A DNA stretch of 63,806 bases, the filler included, from Octopus bimaculoides (lineage: Eukaryota): the NCBI RefSeq assembly GCF_001194135.2. It is 7 parts of 7 records of this genome, joined end to end, with 100 filler letters (N's around TTAATTAATTAA, not from the genome) between each part and the next. Parts side by side here need not be neighbours in the genome. Positions count along the whole stretch, not along the records: positions 21,007 to 42,022 come from NC_068983.1; 6 more parts are not named here. The stretch is one strand, 5' to 3'. Positions 26,131 to 39,147 of this stretch are shown piece after piece. How positions within the stretch are numbered: the first letter of the stretch is position 1; every line of letters starts with the position of its first letter. A program made the position numbers and the translations under genes. The notes beneath the pieces are model-generated. The model ran no database searches and had not been told where the DNA came from. It worked only from the letters and a program-made list of their open reading frames with translations.

Positions 26131-27039
26131 GCACGCACAAACACACACACACTCACACACAAACAAACACTTTATTACACTCATTGATATATTTATGAAG
26201 CCAAATGGCAGAATCAGTTGATATATGAGGTCAACCATCATCACCACCACCACCATCCCTGCTAACAACCCTGGCCATCAGCAGGCCATCTCATCTACCA
26301 CAGCCACCATCATCAGCAGTCCCCTTACCACCGTCATCAGCAGTCCTCTCACCACCACCATCACCACCACCACCACCACCATACATGCACCATACAGGAC
26401 CATGTCCAGTTGATTTATATGAATGGCTGCTGTCAAGGAATGGCTGAAGGTGCAGGTCTTAGGAGTTGTAGTGATGGTGATAGTGGAGGTGGTGGTGGTG
26501 GTTACAATGACAGTAGTGATGGCTGCATTGTGGGGGGGTCGGAGATGCAAGGGTGATGGTGGTGGTGGTGATGGTGTTGGTCAGTAGAAGAACAGTAGCA
26601 AGGAGACAGCGAAGGGGGAGGAGGAGACTATGCCAATGGTGTATTGTGTGGTGTGAGTGAGGTGTTGCAGGGNNNNNNNNNNNNNNNNNNNNNNNNNNNN
26701 NNNNNNNNNNNNNNNNNNNNNNNNNNNNNNNNNNNNNNNNNNNNNNNNNNNNNNNNNNNNNNNNNNNNNNNNNNNNNNNNNNNNNNNNNNGGGTCGGGGT
26801 GGTGGTTGGGGAGAAGGCTGACTTTTAAATCTGTAAGGAGGATGTGGTCAGACAATAACAATCAGCTGTTCATGTTAATAGATAAGAGGTATTACTGGTG
26901 TCTGTCATTGTTAGTGTTATTGTCATTGCTTTTTGTTAGATTAGTCGTTTGTGGGGGGCGGGGGCGGATGGGTGAGTGTTAAAGGTTGTTGTTGTTGTTG
27001 TTGTTGTTTAGCCCAAATCATCCCCTTGGTGCTGTAGAT

Positions 27040-28115
27040 CGCCAGTGATTACCTTTCAAGACATGATAATTCCTAATATGCTATTTAGACATTGTTTCCA
27101 AGATTATATTATCCCCTGTATCCTTCCACCCACCCCAACACATTTGTTTTTTTTTGTTTATTTTTTCAAGCATGTAGCAAGTGAAGGGAAAGAAATGTGG
27201 CTGCTATTTCTAAGAGGACAATTGACCACATAGTGGTTCTGTCATTGTTTTGTGATTTAGAGTGTTCCCTTAAATGTGATGTAATATGTGTTATGTCATG
27301 GATATGATGTGGTATTCAGCTAAGGATTACTCTCGTAGTGTAGGGGTGGATAATGTGTTCAGGGTATGTGAGAATAGCATGTGTTGTTGTTTAGCCCTAG
27401 GCAAGGTCTGACTGCACAGATCTATAATCAAAAACTTTCCCTCCTGTCTTCTAATTTTCCTGTGTGCATGAAGCAATATCCACGTCCCTTCCTAAGATGG
27501 TTTATTTGAGGAAGACTTGGTTGTTATTTCTAGCAAGATGAGTAACCACATATAGACTTCCTCATTGTCTTAATGGTTGTGCATGAGGTAATTGTTGTTT
27601 CAGTTTAGCCCCAGGCCAGTCCAGATCAAGCAGACCTATGTTGTTGTTTAACCCCAGGTGAGCTCTGATCACACAGAACTATAACCAGAAACATTCCATC
27701 CATCCATGACCATCCTGTCTTTTATCCCAATGAGCATGAGACATATTTTTTGCGTCCCTTTCTAAGATGGAAGTAGTGGAGTTTATTTGAGGGAGTCTTG
27801 GTTGCTATTTTTAGCAAGATGAGTGACCACATACAAATTTCTTCAGTGTCTCAAGGGTCAGGTGGGAGGTAGAAGTATATCATGTTTAATTGTTATTGTT
27901 GTTACTGTTTAGCCACAGGTCAGCCCTGATCGAGCAGACCTATGATCAAAGCCAATCCATTTGTGACCAACCAAGTTTGGATTTTATTGCTTGTTTTACA
28001 CTAATGTCTATGAAATCCAGAGCCACATTATCCAGCATGTCCTTTTCTAAAATTGTAGGATGTGAAGAACAACTTGACTGCTATTTCTAGCAGACTAAGT
28101 GATTGCATAGAAGCC
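27040..28115 (+). repeat. Head-to-tail cluster of about 4 degenerate copies of an unclassified ~250-bp repeat (family E)
   Basis: Recurrent TTTAGCCCCAGG.CAG.CC.GATC.AGCAGACCTATG..TTGAGG.AG..TTGG.TG.TATTTCTAGCA.G..GAGT.ACCACATA; also near 6440, 18090-18480, 39390 (-), 47480 (-) and 63315. Confidence 0.8.
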
Positions 28116-30189
28116 CCCATTTTGTGTGGTAATTTGAGAGGTGATATATCTGTACACCTACCTGTATTGGTTTGTATAGTTTTGTTAGTGATGTTATAAG
28201 TGTGTGTATATATGTGTACATTGTGTACATTTACTTTTTGTATATGTGCATGTGTGTGTGTGTATGTGTATGTGCATGTGTGATAATGTCCTTGTGGTCA
28301 GTTCATGGCATGAGTGGCAATGGCAGTGAAAGATATTGTTCACTTGCATTAGCTTATATGATTTTGATAGTCTTACTACGCATGTACGCGTGTGTATAAT
28401 ATCTGTATGCATACACACATTTGTATCCAGTAATGTGTGTGTATACATATATGTGACGTGTGTGTATGTGTGATGTATGAGATGTGTGTGTGCGTGTGTG
28501 TGTGCGGGCGTGCGTGCTTAATGTGATGTGATGCCCTTGTGGTCAGCTCAGGGATGTTAATGTCAGCTCATAAAAGCTTCATAACAAAGCATGAATGAGT
28601 GTCATGTCAAGTTTATATAGCTTTACTGATAAGTGGTTTGGTTGAGCAGACAGCTTAGCTTTGCTTGACATGCTGTAATGACCATGTAAAATGGTCAGTC
28701 AAGCTGATTAGGCCACTGCCTCTATCAGCCACAATACACAATGGCTACTGCAACTGCCACCACCACCGCTACTGCCACCTCCAACACTGCTACTGCCACC
28801 ACCGCTACCGCTACAGCCACCACCACCACCACCACCTTTGCTGACCACCTTCCCAATCCACTGAACCCACCCCCTGCCACCACCTTTACCCTCTGCTATT
28901 GTTGCTGCTGCCACTGTCTCTATTACTGGTCCCAAATGATACACAGATGCATGCTGGTTTTATTGGAACAAATGACCTATACTGGCTTCATCAGCTACTT
29001 AGTGGTCAATGAAACAGGACAGTGGCTATCATCACAAGGACAATTTACCACAATTTTCTATGTAATCAGTGTTAACCACATAAGAAGCTGCTCCCTTTTA
29101 ATCTCTTACTCCCTCTATATCCTCTGACCCCTGATCAGTTTAAGTGATTCCCTTCCCACATTCCCCACATTTTCTTTTCCCTCCATTTGTGTTCCCTGCC
29201 TCTCTGTTTCTCTCTATTATCTCTCATCCTCTTGATGCTGTAATATATGCTTAACTCTCTGATATTCTCTGTGATTATCTAACTTCCTTCCTTTGCCTGT
29301 CTGCCTGTTTCTTTTGTAACTCTCTTTAGATTAATGCTCTTTCCTCCGTTTCAAGTTAATTCTATCTCTCCCTAATCCTCTCTGTCTATCTGTCTATCTA
29401 TCTGTCTGTCTATCTGTTTGTCTTTATATCTATCTGTTTGTCTTTATATCTATCTGTTTGTCTGTCTGACTATGTATGTATGCATGTATGTATGTATGTA
29501 TGTATGTATGTATGTATGTATCTATCTATCTTTCTATGTGTCTGTCTGTCTCTCTCTACCTACCTATCTATCTATCTACCTACCTATCTATCTGTCTGAA
29601 AGGTCTAGAGACAAAGACTTTCCTCTCTGGGCAATCTCTCATCAACTTCTTCAAGTATCACCTGAAGAGGAAGGTGAGAGTAGAAAGGGAAGTCTTGTCT
29701 AGTGAATGCTTCAAAACAAGATGGGTGAATGTAGCAAGGATGGCACGTGTGAACGACGGAGCTATCTTGAGCATAACCCTATGAACTAAAAANNNNNNNN
29801 NNNNNNNNNNNNNNNNNNNNNNNNNNNNNNNNNNNNNNNNNNNNNNNNNNNNNNNNNNNNNNNNNNNNNNNNNNNNNNNNNNNNNNNNNNNNNNNNNNNN
29901 NNNNNNNNNNNNNNNNNNNNNNNNNNNNNNNNNNNNNNNNNNNNNNNNNNNNNNNNNNNNNNNNNNNNNNNNNNNNNNNNNNNNNNNNNNNNNNNNNNNN
30001 NNNNNNNNNNNNNNNNNNNNNNNNNNNNNNNNNNNNNNNNNNNNNNNNNNNNNNNNNNNNNNNNNNNNNNNNNNNNNNNNNNNNNNNNNNNNNNNNNNNN
30101 NNNNNNNNNNNNNNNNNAAGCTCTACATTGTATTTGTCCCATCTTCGTTGAGCCCTGTGTGGCTAATAAAAGAAATGTATCTATCTATG

Positions 30190-30390
30190 GGGGAGAATGT
30201 ACGAAAAAACAACAACAGACGAGGACAGGTGGTGTAAATAACAAAAGGATGTATTAGTATGATGCTCGGGAATACGGAAAGTCTTTGACGTTTCGAGCTA
30301 CGCTCTTCAACAGAAAGAATACGGAGACAAGGAGAAAAACACGGAGAAAAAAAATTAAATAGTGTCCAGTCAACGGTCAATCATAATAAT
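30190..30390 (-). mobile_element. PLE pseudo-LTR-derived non-autonomous repeat with minimal hammerhead-like core (30282-30318)
   Basis: On -: UCUUU-CUGUUGA-A-GAGC(GUA)GCUC-GAAA-CGUC-AAAGA; a truncated + copy lies at 55412-55528. Confidence 0.6.
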
Positions 30391-30524
30391 GGCTGATCAT
30401 AACAATCATCTATCTATCTATCTGTTCTCCATCCTTCCCTCCATCCATCTAACCATTCATACATAGATATATGAATACACACCCACACACACACACACAC
30501 ACACACACAAAAACGCAAGTGAGA

Positions 30525-30756
30525 TTCAAAATTTATAACAGCTGTTTCAGTAGTATTCTATTGATGTGTTCTTAGATTACATCACAGCAAAAACCAACCA
30601 TTGTCAGGTCTTAAACTTATAAACAGGTAAAGCAGAAATATGAGATGACCAGTTCACCATAGTATTTGATGAACTGGTCATGTCCTATTTCTATCTTGAT
30701 GTAATCTAAGAATGCATCAATAAAATGCTACTGAAACAGCTGTTGTGTATTTTGAA
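30525..30756. repeat. Long foldback (60-bp arms) with inner stem
   Basis: 30525-30584 pairs with 30697-30756: 53 WC, 5 G-U and 2 mismatches on +; inner stem 30635-30659/30667-30691 with a perfect 12-bp core. Confidence 0.95.
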
Positions 30757-30843
30757 CCCCTCATGAGTTCTTCTTTTATATCTATGTGAAACTTAGAACC
30801 ATCCCTGATGCTGGTTCTACAGTTTATACTGGATGGGGTTGCT

Positions 30844-30845
<2 letters not shown>

Positions 30846-30882
<37 letters not shown>

Positions 30883-31690
30883 GTTTAACGTCCGTTTTCC
30901 ATGCTGGCATGGGTTGGATGGTTTGACTGGGGTCTGGGAAGCCAGGAGGCTGCATCAGGCCCCAATCTGATTTGGCAGTGTTTCTACAGCTGAATGCCCT
31001 TCTTAACACCAACCACTGCGAGAGTGTAGTGGGTGATTTTTACGTACCACTGGCACAAGGGCCAGAGGAGCTGGCATCAACCACAATTGGATGGTGCTGT
31101 TTACGTGTCACCAGCATGGAAGCCAGTCAAAGCAGCGTTAGCATCGGCTACGTTCAGATGGTGCTTTTTAAGTGCTACCAGCAAAGGGGCTCACAACTAC
31201 AATTTCCATTTGATTTTGATATTGCTGATGTTGATGTACTTGACTCAATAGGTCTCTTCAAGCATGGCATGTGACCCTACGATCCAAGGTACTTTTGAGT
31301 GGGCTGGTTATGCGACACTGGTGTAGGTTACAGCTGTGGACTCACTTTATTTGCTGGGTCTTCTCAGTCACAGCATACCTCCAGAGGTCTCGGTCTTTTC
31401 TCATTGCCTTTGTGAGTCCCAATGCTCGAAGGTCATGCTTCACCACCTCATCCCCTCTCTTCCTGGATCTCTCTCTAACCCAGATTCCTTCCACTGTTTG
31501 GGACTAGCACTTCTTCACACAGCTCTTCTCGTCCATCCGCAGTACATGACCATACCAACGCAAACTTCTTTCTTGCATGCCACATCGGATGCTTCTTATG
31601 TCTAACATTTCTCTCAGGGCACTTACACTCTGTCGTGTGTGCACACTGACATTACACATTCAGCGGATCATGCTAGCTTTATTCACTTAA
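30846..31690 (-). mobile_element. RTE-clade LINE 3' fragment with (ATG)n tail
   Basis: MCNVSVHTRQSVSALREMLDIRSIRCGMQERSLRWYGHVLRMDE..VKHDLRALGLTKAMRKDRDLWRYAVTEKT, followed by the family 3' UTR. Confidence 0.9.
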
Positions 31691-32209
31691 CACAATGAAT
31701 CAATATTTGCAATATATATCTCAAACGCAATGAAATCGACTGGTGTCATTCAATATAATTGGGTAAACCCTTGAAGGTGATGCTCCAGCATGATTTCAGT
31801 CCAAGAACTGACACCATTAAAAGAATATCCCTTATCCTTCTGTTCATCTGTCTTTCAAATTTCTGCACTTGTTGAAAGCAATCCAAACATGTTCCATGTT
31901 CAAATTCTGCTGAAGTCAACTTTGGGACTTCTGTCCTTCTGTCCTTCTGGGGTGGGGGTGATGCAAATACAAAGCATGTCTTTGTGTTGTATAAATACAG
32001 TCATTTGGCTACGGTTATCAATTATAAAGCACAACTGTCTGTTAAAGGTGTTACTACATAAACCAGAAGATTGCAGAAAGCATGAAAGTATTTATGTTGT
32101 GATTATACGTAATATCAGAAAATTATAAGAAAAAAATTAAATGTGAAAATGAGATTATGTTGGAATTTCATTAATATACTTACCTGTAAGTACACACACA
32201 CATGTATGT

Positions 32210-33495
32210 TCTTTGTGGAACAAGCCCATTGTAGTTCAGGCTTCCACCACTAGAAGCCACTTGGTGCGACCTTTATACATCAGTCTGCCAACCAGCATTG
32301 TTAAGTTAAGTTGTACTGCCACATGGTGCATCTTTATCTTGCTGTAGTTTTCCCCAGTTCATCAATATGTTCGATGGCTGAAATGAAGAAACAGCATGCT
32401 TCCATGAAATTCTGTTTTCTGCTGGGGAAAACGGTGACCAAAACAGTTGTCATGCTTCAAACAGCTTACACGGATACTGCCATGAACAAAACACAAGTTT
32501 ACAAGTAGTTATCATACTTCAGAAATGGTCGCTAGTTGCCTGAAGACCGATCTTCTTCAGGGAAACTGTTGACCTCTGGAACAAATGAAGATATCACAGA
32601 AATACATGAACTGATCTTGGAGGACTGTTGCCAAACAATTGACGAACTTGTTGATATGACTGATGTGTCCTGAACCTCCTGTCAATGAATTTTGAGCAAG
32701 GAATTCAAATGGAAAGAGTTGTAGTAAAATTTGTGCCTCACTATCTGTTGGAAGACCAAAAGCAGTCATGACTGAATGTGTGTTGTGAACAGAAAGAACA
32801 GTTGGAAGTTGATCCAGACCTTTTTCGGAAGGTCATCACTGGTGACAAAAGCTGGTGCTATGGCTACGACCCAGAAACAAAGCAGGAATCAAGTCAACAA
32901 AAGCATTGAATGTCACTAAACCCCAGAAAAGCATGTCAAGTGATGTCCAATGTCAAGTCAATGCTGATTTGTTTCATTGATGTGAAAGGAATAGTCCACA
33001 CAAAATTTATACCTCCTAGTCATACTGTTAACCAAACATTTTACTTGGCAGTTCTGAAGCATTTGCATGATGTAGTGAGACAAAAAGGCCTTGACCTGTG
33101 ACAAAGTGGAGAGAGGTGGTTTCATCACGACAATGCACCCACGCACACCGTCTTGAGTATGAGACATCTTTTATAAAAAATGGCATGACCCTAGTTATCC
33201 AGACTCCCTGTTCACCTGATCTTGCTACCTAAATTTTTTTTTTGTTCCCCTGAATCAAAAATGTCCCTAAAGGAAAATGTTTTGCAGATGTGGAAGAGGT
33301 GAAGAAAAATATGATGGAGGTGTTAAAAGACATCACATCCACTTCACTTCAGACAGTGGAAAATGCGTCTGGATCTATGCATTGCTTCAGGTGGAGAATA
33401 CTCTGAAGGTGATCAACATGTAAACATGCAAATCTAAATGAATGAAACAAAATTGAAAAATTCCAGTTTCTTTTGGATCTTTTGGGTACCCCTCA
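32210..33495 (+). mobile_element. mariner (irritans-like) transposon remnant; 5' TIR not seen
   Basis: KFCFLLGKT..TQVYK; VITGDKSWCYGYDPETKQES; KSMLICFIDVKGIVH; WFHHDNAPTH; SPDLA; 3' TIR ending GGGTACCCCTCA then TA; many stops. Confidence 0.9.
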
Positions 33496-33502
33496 TATAT
33501 AT

Positions 33503-34010
33503 AGGTGCAATCATAGCTGTGTGGTAAGAAGCTTACCTCCCAACTATACAGTTCTGGGTTCAGTCCCACTGTGTGGCGCCTTGGTCAAGTGTCTCTTACT
33601 ATAGTCTCGGGCTGACCAAAGCTTTTGTGAGTGGATTTGGTAGACGGAAACTGAAAGAAGCCTGTTATATATATATATATATATATATATGTTTGTGTAT
33701 ATATATATATTGGAAATGAAAAGATATACAGATGTTTGCTTTTGCGTTTGTATGGTTCTATTTTTGAGTTTGAAGGTAGGTAGGTAGATAGATAGATAGA
33801 TAGATAGATAGACACATACATACATACATACATACATACATACATACTTACATACATATGCAGTAGTGGCTGTCTTGCTTACCAACCACATGGTTCTGAG
33901 TTCATTCCCACTGCAGGGCACCTTGGGCAAGTGTCTTCTACTAAATCCTTGGGCCGACCAAAGCCTTGTGAGTGGATTTGGTAGACGGAAACTGAAAGAA
34001 GCCTGTCGTA

Positions 34011-34079
<69 letters not shown>

Positions 34080-34285
34080 ATATGTTTGTGTCTGTGTTTG
34101 TCCCCCCAACTTGACAACTGATGCTGGTGTGTTTACGTTGCCATAACTTAGCAGTTCGGCAAAAGACACCGATAGAATAAGTACTAGGCTTACAAAGAAT
34201 AAGTCCTGGGGTCGAGTTGTTTGACTAAAAAGGTGGTGCTCCAGCATGGCTGCAGTCAAGTGACTGAAACAAGTAAAGAAAAAAA
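33503..34285 (+). mobile_element. Family A SINE 5' half (33503-33672) and near-full copy (33859-34285)
   Basis: Alignment by eye to the copy at 23283. Confidence 0.88.
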
Positions 34286-34899
34286 TATATATATTTAAAA
34301 CAGATGATGATCAATGTTCGGTAAGTGTGTAAACATTTTAACATAATAAAACATTTGTAAACAAGTAGATGACAATGTCAAATGAAACAGAGCTGTAATG
34401 ATGCTACGATAGGAAATACAGCAAAGCCATGAAATTTATAATGATGTAACAGTCAAATAACAGTTTGAAGGCAGAAGATAGGTGAGCAGAATAACAAATG
34501 AAATGCCTTTAAATCATTGGCTGATAATTCATGGTTTGTTATTTTTTGCTTCATATGCTTATTTAATATGAAAGGAAATGCTATCTTGACATACTAATCA
34601 AGCTGGCATTGATGTGTTTTAAACGTGCTGGTTGGTATTGTTGTTGGGGGTGGGATAGGGGTTAGTCTCTAAGATGACAGTTGAAGTGCTATATAAACTT
34701 CCGAACTTGTAGATGGCAATTTTAAGAAAATTTTAAAAACAACATGGGTGGTAAGTCTGCAATGGTATTTAAAAAAATACCAATAACATTGAATACCCAT
34801 CATCCTGTAAGGGAATGATGCAAGAGCTTACAGACATGTAAAAGGTCTGGCAGCAACAAAACACTGTTGATTTGATGCAAAGATTCTGTCCACATTCTT

Positions 34900-35125
34900 A
34901 TATTCTTTTATTCTTTTACTTGTTTTAGTCATTAGACTGTGGCCATGCTGGAGCACTGCCTTGAAGGGTTTTTAATCAAGCAAAATTGACCCTAGCACTT
35001 ATTTCTTCAACCTAGTACTTATTCTATCACTCTCTTTTGCTGAACCACTATGTTCTGGGCACATAAACACACCAGCACTGGTTGCCAAGTGGTGATGGTG
35101 GGGACAAACACAAACACACATGCAC
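34900..35125 (-). mobile_element. Family A SINE 3' part
   Basis: TTCTTTTACTTGTTT.AGTCATT.GACTG.GGCCATGCTGGAGCAC.. Confidence 0.8.
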
Positions 35126-36184
35126 AAACACATATACACATACATACAGATATATATATATATATGTATATATATATNNNNNNNNNNNNNNNNNNNNNNN
35201 NNNNNNNNNNNNNNNNNNNNNNNNNNNNNNNNNNNNNNNNNNNNNNNNNNNNNNNNNNNNNNNNNNNNNNNNNNNNNNNNNNNNNNNNNNNNNNNNNNNN
35301 NNNNNNNNNNNNNNNNNNNNNNNNNNNNNNNNNNNNNNNNNNNNNNNNNNNNNNNNNNNNNNNNNNNNNNNNNNNNNNNNNNNNNNNNNNNNNNNNNNNN
35401 NNNNNNNNNNNNNNNNNNNNNNNNNNNNNNNNNNNNNNNNNNNNNNNNNNNNNNNNNNNNNNNNNNNNNNNNNNNNNNNNNNNNNNNNNNNNNNNNNNNN
35501 NNNNNNNNNNNNNNNNNNNNNNNNNNNNNNNNNNNNNNNNNNNNNNNNNNNNNNNNNNNNNNNNNNNNNNNNNNNNNNNNNNNNNNNNNNNNNNNNNNNN
35601 NNNNNNNNNNNNNNNNNNNNNNNNNNNNNNNNNNNNNNNNNNNNNNNNNNNNNNNNNNNNNNNNNNNNNNNNNNNNNNNNNNNNNNNNNNNNNNNNNNNN
35701 NNNNNNNNNNNNNNNNNNNNNNNNNNNNNNNNNNNNNNNNNNNNNNNNNNNNNNNNNNNNNNNNNNNNNNNNNNNNNNNNNNNNNNNNNNNNNNNNNNNN
35801 NNNNNNNNNNNNNNNNNNNNNNNNNNNNNNNNNNNNNNNNNNNNNNNNNNNNNNNNNNNNNNNNNNNNNNNNNNNNNNNNNNNNNNNNNNNNNNNNNNNN
35901 NNNNNNNNNNNNNNNNNNNNNNNNNNNNNNNNNNNNNNNNNNNNNNNNNNNNNATTTATATATATATATCGATCACTTGCAGGATTCATTAGAATCTAGA
36001 TGTATCAACATGTAAGGCATCAGGATTACCTGGGTACTTAGTATTGAGCCTATAGTGCGTTGAAGCAACTCTTAGTTGTCATCTGTTTGTAGTATACTGT
36101 AAATAGGTACACACACACACACACATACTCATACACACACACACTCACACACACATACACACATCTACCTGTATAAAAATATGA

Positions 36185-36943
36185 GTTTAAATTCAGTGAA
36201 TTCAGTAAAGTTTGATTTTGCCTTTCTTTCCCCTTTGGGGTACGATAAAATAAGTAGCGGCTTAGTGCTGGTCCCTCTCTAAAACTTTCAGGCCTTGTAA
36301 CTGTTGTAGAAGGAATTATTAAAGGCAACGATCTGGCAGAATTGTTAGTGCGCTGGATGAAATGTTCTGCAGTATTTCACCTGTCACTACATTCTGAGTT
36401 CAAATTCCACTGAGGTTGACTTTGCCTTTCATCCCTTTTAGGGTTGATGTAAAAAGGACCAGTCATGTACTGGGGTTGCTGTAATTGACTATCTCCCTTC
36501 CCTAATTTCAGGCCTTGTGCCTATAGAAGAAAGAATTATTATTATTGAACTGGCAGAATCATTAGCATACCGGGCAAAATGCTTAGCAGCATTTCGTCTG
36601 CCACTATGTTCTGATTTCAAATTCTGCCAAGGTTTACTTAGCCGTTCATCCTTTTGGGGTTGATAAATTAAGTACCTGTTGACTACTAGCCTTGTGCTTT
36701 TAGGAGGAAGGATTATTATTATTATTATTAAGGCAAGGAGTTGGCAGAACTGTTAATATGCTGGGTAAAATGCTTGGTGGCATTTCGTACATATAGATAT
36801 TCTGAGTTCAACTTCCGATAAGTTTGACTATGTCTTTCATCCCTTTTGGGGTTGACAAAATAAGTACCAGTTGTGCACAGGGATTGATGTAATTGACTTA
36901 CCCATCCCCTGAAATGCTGACCTTGTACCAACATTTGAAACCA

Positions 36944-36945
<2 letters not shown>
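36185..36945 (+). mobile_element. Four head-to-tail family C SINE copies separated by short ATT tracts
   Basis: Repeated GGCAGAA..TTAG..AAATG..CTGAGTTCAA..GCCTTTCATCC..GGGGTTGA..; copies near 36185, 36322, 36548 and 36730. Confidence 0.85.
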
Positions 36946-37001
<56 letters not shown>

Positions 37002-37029
37002 CATTATTATTATCATTATTATTATTATT

Positions 37030-37584
37030 GAGTGAGAGAGCAGTGCATGCCATCAAAGTGACACTGGGGTAAAATATATGAAGTCCTGTATACCCATCAT
37101 GACTACCTGTCAGATAAGGGTACACCAGGCACATGCATCACAACCATATGTGTGCAACATGGTGGTCTCATATCAAGATTAATAGTGCATAACCTTGCAG
37201 GTGGAGCCCAGTTAGAATTTTCTTCTGATTGAGTAGCCCACCCTGCTTAAAAGGTCCCTGAATACGAGTTGTCTAAGGATGTTGAACGAAATACCCATGT
37301 TTCCAGAGGTGAATTATTCAAACCCCAAAGAATTCCTCTCGACACATGGCTATGATGTTCCCCTACTACTTCTGCTCCTGATCAGAGAAGCACATAACAT
37401 CAGCTACTAAGGGGCATTCTCAACTGATTAAGGTCAAACAACGGACAAGCAAATCTGCGGTATGGAGCAGAATATTTGCTGTAGCCCATCTTTTATACCA
37501 AGATAAAACAATGTACATGATAACACTTCCAATCAGTTAAGATGAATAACCATGAGAGCCACTGCCTAGTACTGCATCAGGGCA
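37030..37584 (-). mobile_element. ~555-bp non-coding interspersed element embedded in (TAA)n
   Basis: Flanked on both sides by long ATT arrays; second copy in the opposite orientation at 45430-45926. Strand is inferred. Confidence 0.8.
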
Positions 37585-37631
37585 TTTATTATTATTATTA
37601 TTATCATTATTATTATTATTATTATTATTAC

Positions 37632-37664
<33 letters not shown>

Positions 37665-38987
37665 GATTATTATTATTATTATTTGTGTATATCCAAACAT
37701 GTAAACATATGCAAAGAAAGATGTCTATGTCAGCATGTAAGCGTATTTATGACAGCTATTAGTAAATAAATGAGCATAGAGAACGTAATTGGTTGATAAC
37801 TATCAAATTATAGTTTTATAGTCATAGAACGAAACTTTACTGGTCTCACTGGGGTTTTATAAAACTATATATCTTACTGAATTAAAACAACTGCGTGAGA
37901 AATTAGACTCACTCATGAACACACACACTCATACACACACAAATATATGTGTGTGCACTTGTAATATATATATATATATATATATATATANNNNNNNNNN
38001 NNNNNNNNNNNNNNNNNNNNNNNNNNNNNNNNNNNNNNNNNNNNNNNNNNNNNNNNNNNNNNNNNNNNNNNNNNNNNNNNNNNNNNNNNNNNNNNNNNNN
38101 NNNNNNNNNNNNNNNNNNNNNNNNNNNNNNNNNNNNNNNNNNNNNNNNNNNNNNNNNNNNNNNNNNNNNNNNNNNNNNNNNNNNNNNNNNNNNNNNNNNN
38201 NNNNNNNNNNNNNNNNNNNNNNNNNNNNNNNNNNNNNNNNNNNNNNNNNNNNNNNNNNNNNNNNNNNNNNNNNNNNNNNNNNNNNNNNNNNNNNNNNNNN
38301 NNNNNNNNNNNNNNNNNNNNNNNNNNNNNNNNNNNNNNNNNNNNNNNNNNNNNNNNNNNNNNNNNNNNNNNNNNNNNNNNNNNNNNNNNNNNNNNNNNNN
38401 NNNNNNNNNNNNNNNNNNNNNNNNNNNNNNNNNNNNNNNNNNNNNNNNNNNNNNNNNNNNNNNNNNNNNNNNNNNNNNNNNNNNNNNNNNNNNNNNNNNN
38501 NNNNNNNNNNNNNNNNNNNNNNNNNNNNNNNNNNNNNNNNNNNNNNNNNNNNNNNNNNNNNNNNNNNNNNNNNNNNNATATATATATATATATATATATA
38601 TACATACATATATACATACACGCAGACGCACACACAGACACACACACATATACACATATTGTTTCAAAATAGTATGTCTCATACACAGATTAATGTTTAA
38701 TGCCAGTGATAATATATGTAATATTTATTCCATGTAGACATACACATGTGTCAAATACAGATATTATCACATATATTACTTAATGATACTCAGATATCAG
38801 TCTCTCTTTACAGTTAAGTAATAATAAACAAACACACACACACACTCTCTCTCACACACACACACACACGCATATGTTCATATATAATAAACATGCATAC
38901 ACAGATACATGTATACACATATATACATATATGCATACATACGTATGTATGTATGTATGTATGTATGTATTTATGTATGTATATATG

Positions 38988-39046
<59 letters not shown>

Positions 39047-39093
39047 TCAAAGAAACAATTATTAAATAGTGCTGCCCGCAAACATTTTTGCCA

Positions 39094-39147
<54 letters not shown>

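Noticed and set aside
26225-26580. Thr-rich and Val-rich ORFs and opposed (CCA)n/(TGG)n tracts (similar ORFs at 28708-29127 and 57624-58052)
   Set aside because: Degenerate triplet microsatellites with no coding signal; their complementarity is low-complexity only.
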